Shown: positions 29,175 to 38,166, numbered from the stretch's first letter. The stretch: 64,000 nucleotides of DNA from Candidatus Amesbacteria bacterium RIFCSPLOWO2_01_FULL_48_25 (GCA_001773695.1 MEXN01000005.1:139316-203315), one strand, 5' to 3'. Notes: generated from the letters alone by a model not told the origin. Translations and numbers: made by a program.

Positions 29175-29378
29175 TTATTGATTGGCGTGAATGGACAAAA
29201 CCTGTTCATGGTCAGTACGACCATTGTTGGCTTGTGCCTGTGCTTTGAGCTCCTCTTCCCTGGCGACTCCGACACCAAGAATGGCTTCTTTGGATAACTT
29301 TTCGGCTCCATTTGCAGGAGCTACGAGATAAGTGGATCCTTTGTAGGTAACTTTTTCTAATTTGGTCATGGTTTTCAC
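29175..29378 (-). CDS. Small hypothetical protein (67 aa) with strong SD
   Basis: GGAGGTGAAAACC-ATG. No recognisable family. Confidence 0.45.
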   Translation of the reverse strand: MKTMTKLEKVTYKGSTYLVAPANGAEKLSKEAILGVGVAREEELKAQAQANNGRTDHEQVLSIHANQ

Positions 29379-29397
29379 CTCCTTTCGGACAACTAAA

Positions 29398-29430
29398 AAA
29401 CCCCGCTGGTTGCGGGGTTTTGGGTTTAAT
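29398..29430. terminator. Bidirectional terminator-like hairpin (cccc-gc...gc-gggg flanked by A/T runs); a related imperfect hairpin lies at about 29452-29475
   Basis: aaaaccccgctggttgcggggttttgggttt; on the minus strand the stem is followed by tttttt. Confidence 0.45.
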
Positions 29431-29561
29431 AATATTTTGGTTAGTTAAAGATTACCCAAAGCTCCCCGCAATTGCGAGGTAAAAAAGAAAAAAGTAAACG
29501 CTTGGGTCGGATACATTGGGGTGATTATACTCTTATTGGGGGAGTTTGTGTCAAGACTTGC

Positions 29562-29612
29562 CCGCCACGCTTGCGCGATATGTTGCGTGATTATGGCGTG
29601 ATATACTTGAGA
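29562..29612. repeat. Left copy of a ~50-bp direct repeat flanking the fic gene
   Basis: ccacgcttgcgcgatatgttgcgtgattatggcgtgat... versus cgacgcctgcgcgatttattgcgtgattattgcgtgat... downstream of fic, about 45/54 identical. Contains internal GCGTGAT x2. Confidence 0.6.
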
Positions 29613-29617
29613 GATAA

Positions 29618-30670
29618 GTGTTTACACCCAGATACAGAATTACGGATAAGGTGGCCAAGTGGCTATCGGATATAGCAGAGATTAGGGCTATGGTGGAGTC
29701 GTCCCGGCTGCTGCCAGCCCGGGAAGCTTTTTTGCGCCGGACGGCCATAGTCAAAATGGCGCATACCTCCACTTCGATTGAGGGAAATGAACTGGATGAG
29801 TACCAGGTTGGGGAAGTGGCTCAGGGGAATAAAGTGAAGGCAGATGTAGATCAGGTGCGGGAGGTCCAGAATTATTTGGAGGCATTGGGGAAGATTGACC
29901 GGATTTCTGGAGAAAAAAGGACTTTTGGAACGGCAGAAGTATTGGAAATACATAAAACTGTGATTTCGGGACTAGTTGACTTACAGAAAACTGGAAGATT
30001 TAGATCCGGACCGGTGTATATAGTTAATACTTTGCCCAAAGGGGGAGAGGAGCTGGCCTACACCCCCCCCACTGCCTTGCATGTGGAAGTATTGGTAGAT
30101 GAACTTTTGGATTGGATCAGAAATCCGGGGGAGATTCATCCGGTAATTCGAGCGGGTTTGTTTCACTATCAATTTGAGAGTATTCACCCATTTACGGATG
30201 GTAACGGGCGAACCGGTCGGCTAATGACACTTTTGCATTTGTATCAGTCTGGTTGGGATTTCAAAAAAGTATTAGTGTTGGAGGATTTTTATAACCGGGA
30301 TAGACGTAGGTATTACCAGGCATTGCAAACGGGGGAAACTTATGTCGCTCGTCAGGGGGCGGACTTAACAGATTGGCTGGAGTATTTTGTGGGGGGGTTT
30401 TGGGACGAGGTGTTGCGGGTGAAAGAGCAAATACTAACTTTGAAAGTGGTGGGAGAGAAGGGCTTGACCCAACAGATATTAGATGAGGACGAATTGAGAA
30501 TCGTGGATTTTGTGGTGACGGTAGGGAGAGTTACCTCTTCTGATGCCGAGGATATTTTGCGGGTTCCCAAACGGACGGCGCAGTTTAAACTGAAGCGATT
30601 GGAGGATATTGGTGTACTTTCTAAGCAAGGGGCTGGTCCGGCGACGTATTATGTTATATCTAAAGTGTGA
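29618..30670 (+). CDS. Fic family protein (class II, N-terminal inhibitory SxxxEG helix) with C-terminal winged-helix-like domain
   Basis: Fic motif HPFTDGNGRTGRLMTLLHL. N-terminal TSTSIEGNELD matches the auto-inhibitory [S/T]xxxE[G/N] motif. Confidence 0.85.
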   Translation: MFTPRYRITDKVAKWLSDIAEIRAMVESSRLLPAREAFLRRTAIVKMAHTSTSIEGNELDEYQVGEVAQGNKVKADVDQVREVQNYLEALGKIDRISGEKRTFGTAEVLEIHKTVISGLVDLQKTGRFRSGPVYIVNTLPKGGEELAYTPPTALHVEVLVDELLDWIRNPGEIHPVIRAGLFHYQFESIHPFTDGNGRTGRLMTLLHLYQSGWDFKKVLVLEDFYNRDRRRYYQALQTGETYVARQGADLTDWLEYFVGGFWDEVLRVKEQILTLKVVGEKGLTQQILDEDELRIVDFVVTVGRVTSSDAEDILRVPKRTAQFKLKRLEDIGVLSKQGAGPATYYVISKV

Positions 30671-30675
30671 GGAAC

Positions 30676-30726
30676 GACGCCTGCGCGATTTATTGCGTGA
30701 TTATTGCGTGATTTTAAGAAGAGATA
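30676..30726. repeat. Right copy of the direct repeat flanking fic
   Basis: See the left copy; located immediately after the fic stop codon. Confidence 0.6.
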
Positions 30727-31350
30727 TTAACCAGTAGATGTTACCATATACCGCTCGGAGCTGAGCATGTACTTGGTGCCGGATTTGCCGACCTGACCCC
30801 AGTAGTAGGAGCGCTTTTGAGCTCTGGAATTGGTGGTGGCCAGCCAGTGGCGGGAATCCTCGACCTTGCGCCTGAGGGTGACGATTAGGGCCTTGAGCTG
30901 GTGGAAGAACGTAACGTGATAGACGCCGGGATTGGCCGGAGCCTGGGAGGCAGCAATTTCGACTTCATGAGCTAGACCGCCTGCGGATTTGACCAGGGAC
31001 TTGATTTCGGACTGGATAGCCTGGATGGTCTGGCGGATTTGAGTTTCTTGCCTCTGGCGGTAGGATTGTTCCTCTGCCTTGATTTGCTGGAGTCGCATCT
31101 GGAAGCGGGCTTCGGCTTTCTTTTCGCCTTGGTTTTCTGCTTGCTGAAGTTGGGCCACTGAGATTTGTTCGTTAGGCTGGAGCGTGCCTGAGGCGGGAGT
31201 AAGACCAATGGCCTCGGGAAGGTCGCTGATGACGATCTTTTTGACCTGGATTTTGGCCTCGGATTTGAGATCTGAGCCTAAATCGCGTAGAGCTTCCAGG
31301 AAGTTGACCGGAGCTGGTCTCTTGGACTTTACACTATGGGATACTTGCAT
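30727..31350 (-). CDS. Hypothetical coiled-coil protein
   Basis: 207-aa ORF, Gln/Glu-rich central coiled coil, no motif. Confidence 0.35.
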   Translation of the reverse strand: MQVSHSVKSKRPAPVNFLEALRDLGSDLKSEAKIQVKKIVISDLPEAIGLTPASGTLQPNEQISVAQLQQAENQGEKKAEARFQMRLQQIKAEEQSYRQRQETQIRQTIQAIQSEIKSLVKSAGGLAHEVEIAASQAPANPGVYHVTFFHQLKALIVTLRRKVEDSRHWLATTNSRAQKRSYYWGQVGKSGTKYMLSSERYMVTSTG

Positions 31351-31359
31351 AAACTGATG

Positions 31360-32064
31360 TTATACCAAAGAGGCTAAAAAATCAAGAGTTTTTTTGCGAT
31401 CTGGGAGCTGTTCTCCGTTACGTACCGTTTCAAGGATAAACTCGATTTCCAAATCTATTTTGGCCTGGGAGGCCGTTTGGGCCCGGAGGTCTTCGGTGGT
31501 CATTTTTTTGGATTGGAGGTAGCGGGGAAGGTCCAGAGATAGCTGGGCCAGATTTTCGGCTAGGTGCCCTAACCTGTGGTTGGATTCTTCCTCGATTAGG
31601 AGATGGGGAATTTGGAGTGTAGAGTGTTGGCGCAGGTAATCGACGATGGCGGTTAGTTTTTGATTAGCGTTTTTAATTTCTAGGTTTTTTATGGCCGATT
31701 TGTAGTCCGGGGGCAGTTTGACCTGGGGGGCCTCGCAGGTGGTAGCTATGAACTCCCAATCTTCGTTGGGCTGGCCCTTGGTGATTTTGATGTGGGGGTA
31801 GAGGACCGGCTTGAGTTTGTGGGCGTTTGCTATGGCCTGGTAGGCCGTCGGGAGGAGGGATTGGAGGGCGGCAGTTAAGAGCTTGTTTGTGTCCAGTTTT
31901 GGTTCAACAATATCGCGCGGAGCCTTGCCTTTTCTGAACCCTGAAATTTCTGTCTCTTCTACTGCCTTGACAATTTCTTTTTCGCGGGCGGCTTGGATAT
32001 CCGACCAAGGAATAGAAAAAATCAATTCGATGGTGCCGTTGTCCAGACGGGTTACTTGATTCAT
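31360..32064 (-). CDS. tig: Trigger factor, short form (N-terminal ribosome-binding domain plus C-terminal arm, no PPIase domain)
   Basis: Signature ISGFRKGKAPRDIVE (trigger-factor GFRxGxxP motif) within the N-terminal domain. Confidence 0.65.
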   Translation of the reverse strand: MNQVTRLDNGTIELIFSIPWSDIQAAREKEIVKAVEETEISGFRKGKAPRDIVEPKLDTNKLLTAALQSLLPTAYQAIANAHKLKPVLYPHIKITKGQPNEDWEFIATTCEAPQVKLPPDYKSAIKNLEIKNANQKLTAIVDYLRQHSTLQIPHLLIEEESNHRLGHLAENLAQLSLDLPRYLQSKKMTTEDLRAQTASQAKIDLEIEFILETVRNGEQLPDRKKTLDFLASLV

Positions 32065-32066
32065 TG

Positions 32067-32651
32067 TTACTTGGAGAGGATCGTAGTAGAGATTATTTTA
32101 TCCCCAGCTGAGAGTTTTTCTATAACGTCCATGCCGGACAGGACTCGGCCGAAGTAGGTGTAGTCGCCATTTAGGAACAGAGAGTCTTTCTTGGTAATGA
32201 AAAACTGGGAATCGTTGGAGACGGTTTTGGGATAGGGCTTGCGGGCAACACCCAAAGAACCGGCAGTAAAAGACGTATCGGAAGTTTCGGTAGGCAGGGA
32301 GTCGGCGCCACCGGTGCCGTCACCTTTGGGGTCACAGCCCTGGACAACCCAGTCTTCTATCCGATGAAAAGTTTTGCCGTCGCAGTAGCCGTTTACCCAT
32401 TTGGACAAAAAGTTGGTGATGGTTTTGGGGGCCAGATCCGGTCGGAGTTCGATCACAAAGACGCCTTTGGGGGTGGAGATTTCGACTTGGGGACGGTCTT
32501 TGAGAGGTTCTGGGGAAACAGAGAGGGAGGATGAGGGAAGGTCGTTTTGGATGAGGTTACCGCTAGGTAGACTAAGGTTTTTGATGTTTCTGGTAACTAG
32601 TATTGCGGCTAGAATAACGGCAGCACCTATTATTAATTTTCTCCGGGTCAT
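32067..32651 (-). CDS. Cyclophilin-type peptidyl-prolyl cis-trans isomerase, membrane-anchored/secreted
   Basis: GYCDGKTFHRIEDWVVQGCDPKGDGTGG cyclophilin core. N-terminal TM. Confidence 0.8.
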   Translation of the reverse strand: MTRRKLIIGAAVILAAILVTRNIKNLSLPSGNLIQNDLPSSSLSVSPEPLKDRPQVEISTPKGVFVIELRPDLAPKTITNFLSKWVNGYCDGKTFHRIEDWVVQGCDPKGDGTGGADSLPTETSDTSFTAGSLGVARKPYPKTVSNDSQFFITKKDSLFLNGDYTYFGRVLSGMDVIEKLSAGDKIISTTILSK

Positions 32652-32675
32652 CTGGCGCCGATGTTACTACGGGTC

Positions 32676-33137
32676 TTACTCTGTTGCAAGTACTGGCCGA
32701 AATTTGTATCCGTAGACGAGCATGCCTTTACTGCCCCCATCTTCTTTGATAAATCGGGTGACCATTTCTACGGGTGTGCCGATGTCGACTTTTTTCCCAA
32801 AGACATCTACTAGGCCGATTAAGACCAGCGCGTCTCCTTTCCGTTTATATTTCCTGTCTATATCCGTGAGCTGGGCCGTGATGATGGGACCTTCCTCGAG
32901 TTTTATGTGGGCTACAGTGTAAGGAACATGATTTTCGAACCCTTCGGGAGCGTCGTAGATGGTAGTGTGAGAATATATTTTGCCTTTGCCGGAAAATTGG
33001 TATGGGGTTTTGGCTTCGGCTGCGCAAGTGGGACAGACGTCGCGGGGGGGAAAGATTTTCTTTTTGCAGTGAGTGCAAACCTCGCCTACCAGGCCGTAGC
33101 GGGCTTTTTGTAGGCGCCAATAGCGGGAGATTTCCAT
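32676..33137 (-). CDS. Zn-ribbon + OB-fold protein (DUF35-like)
   Basis: CTHCKKKIFPPRDVCPTCAAE rubredoxin-like ribbon followed by an OB-fold-like beta region. Confidence 0.45.
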   Translation of the reverse strand: MEISRYWRLQKARYGLVGEVCTHCKKKIFPPRDVCPTCAAEAKTPYQFSGKGKIYSHTTIYDAPEGFENHVPYTVAHIKLEEGPIITAQLTDIDRKYKRKGDALVLIGLVDVFGKKVDIGTPVEMVTRFIKEDGGSKGMLVYGYKFRPVLATE

Positions 33138-33157
33138 GTAATTATTAGACGGGGGGT

Positions 33158-33469
33158 TTGGGAAAAACCCACGATTACTTCTTGACTTTCGTCTTTTGTT
33201 CGGTTACAAATGAGTTGATGGAGACCGTTAATGAAAGAATTGTGGTGGGGGTGGAGTTTGCGCTGGGGAAAGTAACGCCGCGGTGGTTTGGGTGGAGAGG
33301 GAGAGAGTATCAAGTAAAAAGAGTGCCGATGGTTTTTGAAAGAAAGGACGGAGGGAGGAGATACATCTGTTTTAACGTGACTACTGACGGCATGATAGCT
33401 GAACTTTCTTTAGACACGCAGAATTTTCAGTTTTCAATTACCAATTTCCAACCTATAACCCCCTCTTAA
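33158..33469 (+). CDS. Hypothetical protein
   Basis: 103-aa ORF. Its stop codon lies inside the 23-bp palindrome. Confidence 0.3.
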   Translation: MGKTHDYFLTFVFCSVTNELMETVNERIVVGVEFALGKVTPRWFGWRGREYQVKRVPMVFERKDGGRRYICFNVTTDGMIAELSLDTQNFQFSITNFQPITPS

Positions 33470-33481
33470 TCTAAGAGGGGG
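33459..33481. repeat. 23-bp perfect palindrome ccccctcttaatctaagaggggg, 7 nt upstream of the dinB ATG; second copy at 700-722 inside holB
   Basis: 10-11-bp arms with a 1-2-nt centre; seen in the sequence at both loci. Confidence 0.6.
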
Positions 33482-33488
33482 AACCGAT

Positions 33489-34658
33489 ATGAAAACGATA
33501 TTACATTTGGATATGAATAGCTACTTCGCGACGGCGGAGCAGCAGGCGAATCCTATTTACCGGGGTAGGCCGGTGGGAATAATTAAGGCTGAAGGCCGCG
33601 GGTGTGTGATTGCCGCTTCTGTCGAGGCCAAAAAGTTTGGAGTGAGAACAGGGTGTACGACCTGGGAAGCGAAGAAAATGTGCCCTTGGATTATTTTTGT
33701 GCCGTCGGATATGGATAAATATTTTGCATTGACGAACCGGATGATAAAAATTTTGGCTGATTACTCCCCCACTTTGGAAGCGTTCTCGATAGATGAATGT
33801 TTTATAGATGTGACGGAGACGCAAAAATTTTTTGGCGGCGGGATGTATCAAATGGCACTGGAGATAAAATCCCGGGTGAGAGAGGAGTTGGGAGAATGGA
33901 TGAAGTGTTCGATCGGGGTCTCATTTACCAAATTATTGGCCAAACTGGCCTCCGAAATGAACAAGCCGGATGGATTGACCTTTTTGACACCGGATAACTA
34001 TTTGGATGAGACGAAATGTGTAGCGGTATCGGAGGTGTGCGGAATAGGATATTCAAGAACAAAATACCTAAACTCTCGAGGGGCTTATACACTTGGGCAG
34101 GCCCGGAAATTGGACTTGCCCCGAGAGATTTGGGAGTTGGTTTGGCTGCGAAGTAATGATGAACTGACGACGATTGATGATTTGGAGCCGGCGAAGTCGG
34201 TGTCCCGAACATACACTACGTTTCAAGCCACAAGCCACAAATCCCAAGTCACAAAGTTAATTAGAAATTTGGTAGAGGAGGCGGCAGCGAAGCTCCGAGA
34301 GATGGGGATGGCGGGGAGGACGTTTTGCCTATCGCTGGATTCTTTCTGGGCCAGGAAGACCGTCGAAGCTCCGACAAGCGATCCGCTAGTTATTTTTGAT
34401 TTGTTAAATAGGGAGTATGAGAAAAATCCGATAGTGAATATAAGGCAAGCGGGAGTGTGGATTAGTAACTTAATGTTTAATACTCAATGTTTAATGTTTA
34501 ATAACAGGCGGCAACTACTTGATGCGACAGATAAGGTTAATCAAAAATTTGGCTTGTTTACGCTGTATCCGGCGACACTACTGGGTACCGAATTAGTTCG
34601 GCCCGAGGTGACGGGGTATTTAGGGGATAAATACTATCGGTTTGCAGGTGATCGATGA
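33489..34658 (+). CDS. dinB: DNA polymerase IV (Y-family translesion polymerase)
   Basis: MKTILHLDMNSYFATAEQ..., SIDECFIDVT catalytic region, little-finger domain. Confidence 0.85.
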   Translation: MKTILHLDMNSYFATAEQQANPIYRGRPVGIIKAEGRGCVIAASVEAKKFGVRTGCTTWEAKKMCPWIIFVPSDMDKYFALTNRMIKILADYSPTLEAFSIDECFIDVTETQKFFGGGMYQMALEIKSRVREELGEWMKCSIGVSFTKLLAKLASEMNKPDGLTFLTPDNYLDETKCVAVSEVCGIGYSRTKYLNSRGAYTLGQARKLDLPREIWELVWLRSNDELTTIDDLEPAKSVSRTYTTFQATSHKSQVTKLIRNLVEEAAAKLREMGMAGRTFCLSLDSFWARKTVEAPTSDPLVIFDLLNREYEKNPIVNIRQAGVWISNLMFNTQCLMFNNRRQLLDATDKVNQKFGLFTLYPATLLGTELVRPEVTGYLGDKYYRFAGDR

Positions 34659-34717
34659 ATATGGTATAATATGTATGCTATCGCAAGATAGTGGGAACCT
34701 CAGCAATGGTGTTCCCG

Positions 34718-34749
34718 AAAAACCCGTTGTCGCAAGATGACGGGTTTTT
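34718..34749. terminator. Bidirectional rho-independent terminator between convergent dinB and the 34749..35093 gene
   Basis: aaaaacccgttgtcgcaagatgacgggttttt. Two additional small hairpins immediately upstream (ctatcGCAAgatag, gggaacc...ggtgttccc). Confidence 0.6.
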
Positions 34750-35093
34750 CATTTGGGTTGGGATTTATTGGCCTCGGTTTGCCTTTCGAGAATTTCGAGG
34801 GGAAATTGATAGTCCCTGTACCTGATTTCGGTAATTTTGTCGCCGATAACTTTGTTGACTTTAAGAGATGCAGCCCAATACATCGGAAGAATGAGAATAT
34901 TTGGGCAGAGCCATAAATAGCTTTCTTCCATGCGAGTGACAGAATAGGCGAAGGTGGCGAGGCTCAAAGTGATGGCAGATGCCCAGAGGAATGTACGGAG
35001 AGCTTCGTATGGCCTTTTGTTGGCCAGATATCTTTCCCACGACCTTTTTTTGTTCGGGTCGATGATCAAGTAGTCAGGCATCTCAGGATACAC
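34749..35093 (-). CDS. Hypothetical membrane protein
   Basis: 114-aa ORF with two hydrophobic segments. Confidence 0.35.
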   Translation of the reverse strand: MYPEMPDYLIIDPNKKRSWERYLANKRPYEALRTFLWASAITLSLATFAYSVTRMEESYLWLCPNILILPMYWAASLKVNKVIGDKITEIRYRDYQFPLEILERQTEANKSQPK

Positions 35094-35128
35094 ATGCTAA
35101 TTATAGGCTATGTATGGCGGAGGTGCAA

Positions 35129-35728
35129 TTAAAGTGGGGCTGTTGCGAAGAGGATGTTGGTGGAGATACCTGCTACACCTGCGCAGCCGTGATCCCAGGC
35201 GGGGTCCAATTGGTTGGCGTTGTGTTCGGGCGAGCTCATATATACCCACTCTACCAAGTGGACACCGGTGAGAATAAAGCCATAAGAAGAGTTTTCCCCC
35301 AGCCTACCGTAACCCAGTTTGATAAACCCATCTTCGTTTTCTAGAAAGTCCTGGAATCCAGCGTGGGCATCGGTGCCTTCAATTTTTTCGAAATGTTGGG
35401 CCCGGCTTTGGGTATAGTCGCAAAGGCGGGGATCGGTTTTTAGGGGCTGGGAGCCGACACTCTGGCGCAGGTTGTTTATGGCAGATAATAATTCATCGGC
35501 AGTTGTCATTTGGGCATCATTTTCAACACGGATGGTGTAGGTGTGGTCGCTGACTTTTTTAATCTGACCCCAGGGATCGGTGTTTGGGTAAACATAGGAG
35601 AATTCTCGGGGGGTGGGTTGAGGAATTGATGCCGGTTTGGTCAGAGAGTATGCGGGCGAGAGAAGAGGGATGCGGTAAGTGAACTGGAGGGAAAGAAGAG
35701 TGAGGATGATGGCAAAAAGAAAGGGCAT
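35129..35728 (-). CDS. Hypothetical secreted/membrane-anchored protein; start reassigned to the Met 5 nt downstream of tRNA-Leu(TAG)
   Basis: MPFLFAIILTLLSLQF signal-like N-terminus. The ORF-track start (35809) would run through the tRNA. Confidence 0.4.
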   Translation of the reverse strand: MPFLFAIILTLLSLQFTYRIPLLSPAYSLTKPASIPQPTPREFSYVYPNTDPWGQIKKVSDHTYTIRVENDAQMTTADELLSAINNLRQSVGSQPLKTDPRLCDYTQSRAQHFEKIEGTDAHAGFQDFLENEDGFIKLGYGRLGENSSYGFILTGVHLVEWVYMSSPEHNANQLDPAWDHGCAGVAGISTNILFATAPL

Positions 35729-35733
35729 AGATG

Positions 35734-35815
35734 TGCCTCCGAGAGGACTCGAACCTCTAAGGGTTACCCCACAGGTTCCTAAAACCTGCGCGTATACCAA
35801 TTCCGCCACGGAGGC
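35734..35815 (-). tRNA. tRNA-Leu(TAG), class II with long variable arm
   Basis: GCCTCCG...CAGGT-TTTAGGA-ACCTG...GGTTCGAGTCC...CGGAGGC-A. Confidence 0.85.
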
Positions 35816-35942
35816 GTGAGGTTATTTTAGCATTGCCTTTGGTGCAACCAAAAAACCCCGGCTCCTGCCCGATGCCGAGGCTTTTTGATAAAATTCTGCC
35901 GCCAGGCCTTTCGACTCAGCCGCAGAATGTGGATGAATTGTA

Positions 35943-36700
35943 CTATGGGGTGGACTGCTTGTCAACCCGCTTGCATAAGATGAAGATACTGGGCCCGAAA
36001 TAGACTTTGGCTAGCGGACTCTGGGATATGGATTCTAGATAATTGAGAATGGGTGGGGGAATGAACCGTTTGACCGTTGGAGAGCGGAAGTTGGAGACGG
36101 ATAAAAGTCTCAAAGGCTTGAAATTGCAAAGGCTTAAGGTATTGAGGATGGACTGGGGATAATGGTTGACGAAGGGGATAGTGTGGCGGCGGATATTGGC
36201 TAGACTCCTTTTTTCGATTGGGGCAGTGGAAACAGGAAGACCGGTAATCAGGCTTTTTACTCTGGACATGAAGTGGTAGGAGTTGGCAAATTCTAGAAGG
36301 AGGTGGCCCCCGGGTTTTAGTAGTCGGTGGATTTCTAACAGGGCGGGAGTAGGATTTGGCAAGTGGTGGAGGACGCGAACAAGAACTACTAGGTCTGCGC
36401 TTGTCCGGGGGAGGGTGGTGCGCTGGATGTTGCCAGAGGTGATATTTAAGTTTGGCTGACCCTTGAGAAACCGGCGGGCGACTTGTCTTTGCTTGGCTGA
36501 TGGCTCGACTAAAGTAATGTGGTGGGAAAATTGGGATAAAGTGGGTATCAGGCGGCCGTATCCTCCACCTAGGTCGTAAACTTTGTTGAAGCGTAGAGAT
36601 TTGAGGAGTTTACTAATAGCGGTGACTTCTGATTGGTGCTCGTACTGCCTGCTTAACCAGTATTTGGGGTAGGAGAAGCGGGGGTCGTCGTAGTGGGTCA
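35943..36700 (-). CDS. Class I SAM-dependent methyltransferase
   Basis: VYDLGGGYGRLI (motif I) and LKPGGHLLL (post-I). Confidence 0.7.
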
Positions 36701-36702
36701 TG

Positions 36703-37284
36703 TTACTGGAGGTCGGAGAGGAATTGGGAAATGGCCTTGGCCCATGGACCACCTTTCTCCACCGACGGCGGGGTATATTTGGCCATTATTTCTTCGGGTG
36801 TATTTAAGCCATGGTCGATGTAATTTTTTTTGAGAGTGCTGGCTACGGTTTCGATGGCTTGGGGATAGTTATCGAAGCGGGTAACTTTGTCGCCGTATAT
36901 GCCAAAACCCCAGCAATTATGGGAGTCGGCGGGAATTTTTTTACACAGATTGGATTCTTGTTGGGCAATAGCTACCAGTAGTCTGTAATCAAGAAGATAT
37001 TTGTCCGAGATTTCTACCAGGTATTCGGAGTGAGGTTCTAGTGGGGAGTCGTACTCGTGTAAATACCGTCTGATAATTACTGGACGGGCATCACGGACGG
37101 AGAAACTGGCGAAGGTGGACGGAGCAGGGTCGGTAGAGGTAGCAATAACGGCGGGATTTTGGGTTGACAGGGAGAGAACTTGGGGAGGGGTGGAGAAGGG
37201 CTGGGTGTAGAGAATGTAGGCGCTGGTTATAAGGACCACTGGAGTGAGTGTAAAAAAAGAAATCAGGAGAAATGGTTTTGACAT
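36703..37284 (-). CDS. Secreted lysozyme-like / lytic transglycosylase-like protein (putative)
   Basis: N-terminal signal/TM. Segment LLVAIAQQESNLCKK...NCWGFGIYG resembles the SLT catalytic region (E-S motif). Confidence 0.4.
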   Translation of the reverse strand: MSKPFLLISFFTLTPVVLITSAYILYTQPFSTPPQVLSLSTQNPAVIATSTDPAPSTFASFSVRDARPVIIRRYLHEYDSPLEPHSEYLVEISDKYLLDYRLLVAIAQQESNLCKKIPADSHNCWGFGIYGDKVTRFDNYPQAIETVASTLKKNYIDHGLNTPEEIMAKYTPPSVEKGGPWAKAISQFLSDLQ

Positions 37285-37292
37285 ATTATTTG

Positions 37293-37363
37293 AGCGGCTA
37301 ACGGGAATCGAACCCGTGTCATCTCCTTGGCAAGGAGAAGTTCTACCATTGAACCATAGCCGC
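37293..37363 (-). tRNA. tRNA-Gly(GCC)
   Basis: GCGGCTA-TG-GTTC-AATGGTA-GAAC-T-TCTCC-TTGCCAA-GGAGA-TGAC-ACGGG-TTCGATT-CCCGT-TAGCCGC-T. Confidence 0.85.
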
Positions 37364-37416
37364 GAATTTTCTTCCTTTTTGATTTTACCAAATATGTGTG
37401 TCTTGGTGGTTTTTGT

Positions 37417-38070
37417 TCATATATAGAGCACGTATTTAAACATGAGCCAGAAATGGGAAAAACTGGCGGCGATGACAAAAAGATGAAACAGTTCGTGCAT
37501 TCCAAACCAGCTCTTCTGGGGTAAAACCCGACCTAGAATGAAAGGTATGACCCCCAGGGTGTATAGGGTGCCTCCCCACATGAGCCACCAGAGGCCGCCC
37601 AGTGGCAACGATTTGATAAGGACCGGTAAGGCAATGATCCCGAGCCACCCTAGAGCCACATAGGGGAGAGGGATGAGCCAGGCTTTCTCGTTCTTGACGG
37701 CGATCTTGAGCGCGATTCCGATAATCGCCAAGCCCCAGACAACGCTAAAGAGGCTCCATCCCCATCCTCTTTGTGGCAGGACCAACAGGATTGGCGTGTA
37801 TGTACTGGCGATGAAAATATAAATCATTGAGTGGTCGATGATTCGAAAAATTTCTTTGGCCCAATGCGTTTTCGGAATGAGATGATAAATGGTGCTGATG
37901 AGATAAAGGAGGATAAGCCCTGAACCAAAAATAGAGAATCCAACAACGTGACGAGTCTGACCGTAGTGGGCAGCAAAGACGACCAGGAGCACGAGTCCAG
38001 CAATCGAAAGAAGAAATCCGATAAAAGCCGTGAGGCTACTAACCGGTTCACTGTTGCGCAGGAGATTCAT
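37417..38070 (-). CDS. Hemolysin III / PAQR family membrane protein
   Basis: 7-TM protein with STIYHLIP...DHSMIY...HELFHLFV motifs. ATG is 3 nt after the tRNA-Leu(TAA) 3' end. Confidence 0.8.
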   Translation of the reverse strand: MNLLRNSEPVSSLTAFIGFLLSIAGLVLLVVFAAHYGQTRHVVGFSIFGSGLILLYLISTIYHLIPKTHWAKEIFRIIDHSMIYIFIASTYTPILLVLPQRGWGWSLFSVVWGLAIIGIALKIAVKNEKAWLIPLPYVALGWLGIIALPVLIKSLPLGGLWWLMWGGTLYTLGVIPFILGRVLPQKSWFGMHELFHLFVIAASFSHFWLMFKYVLYI

Positions 38071-38073
38071 TTG

Positions 38074-38158
<85 letters not shown>

Positions 38159-38166
38159 TTTTTTAG

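Noticed and set aside
34659-34748. SRP RNA / 6S RNA assignment for the hairpin-rich spacer
   Set aside because: It is too short and lacks the conserved SRP domain IV or 6S features. Kept only as a low-interest candidate sRNA/terminator.
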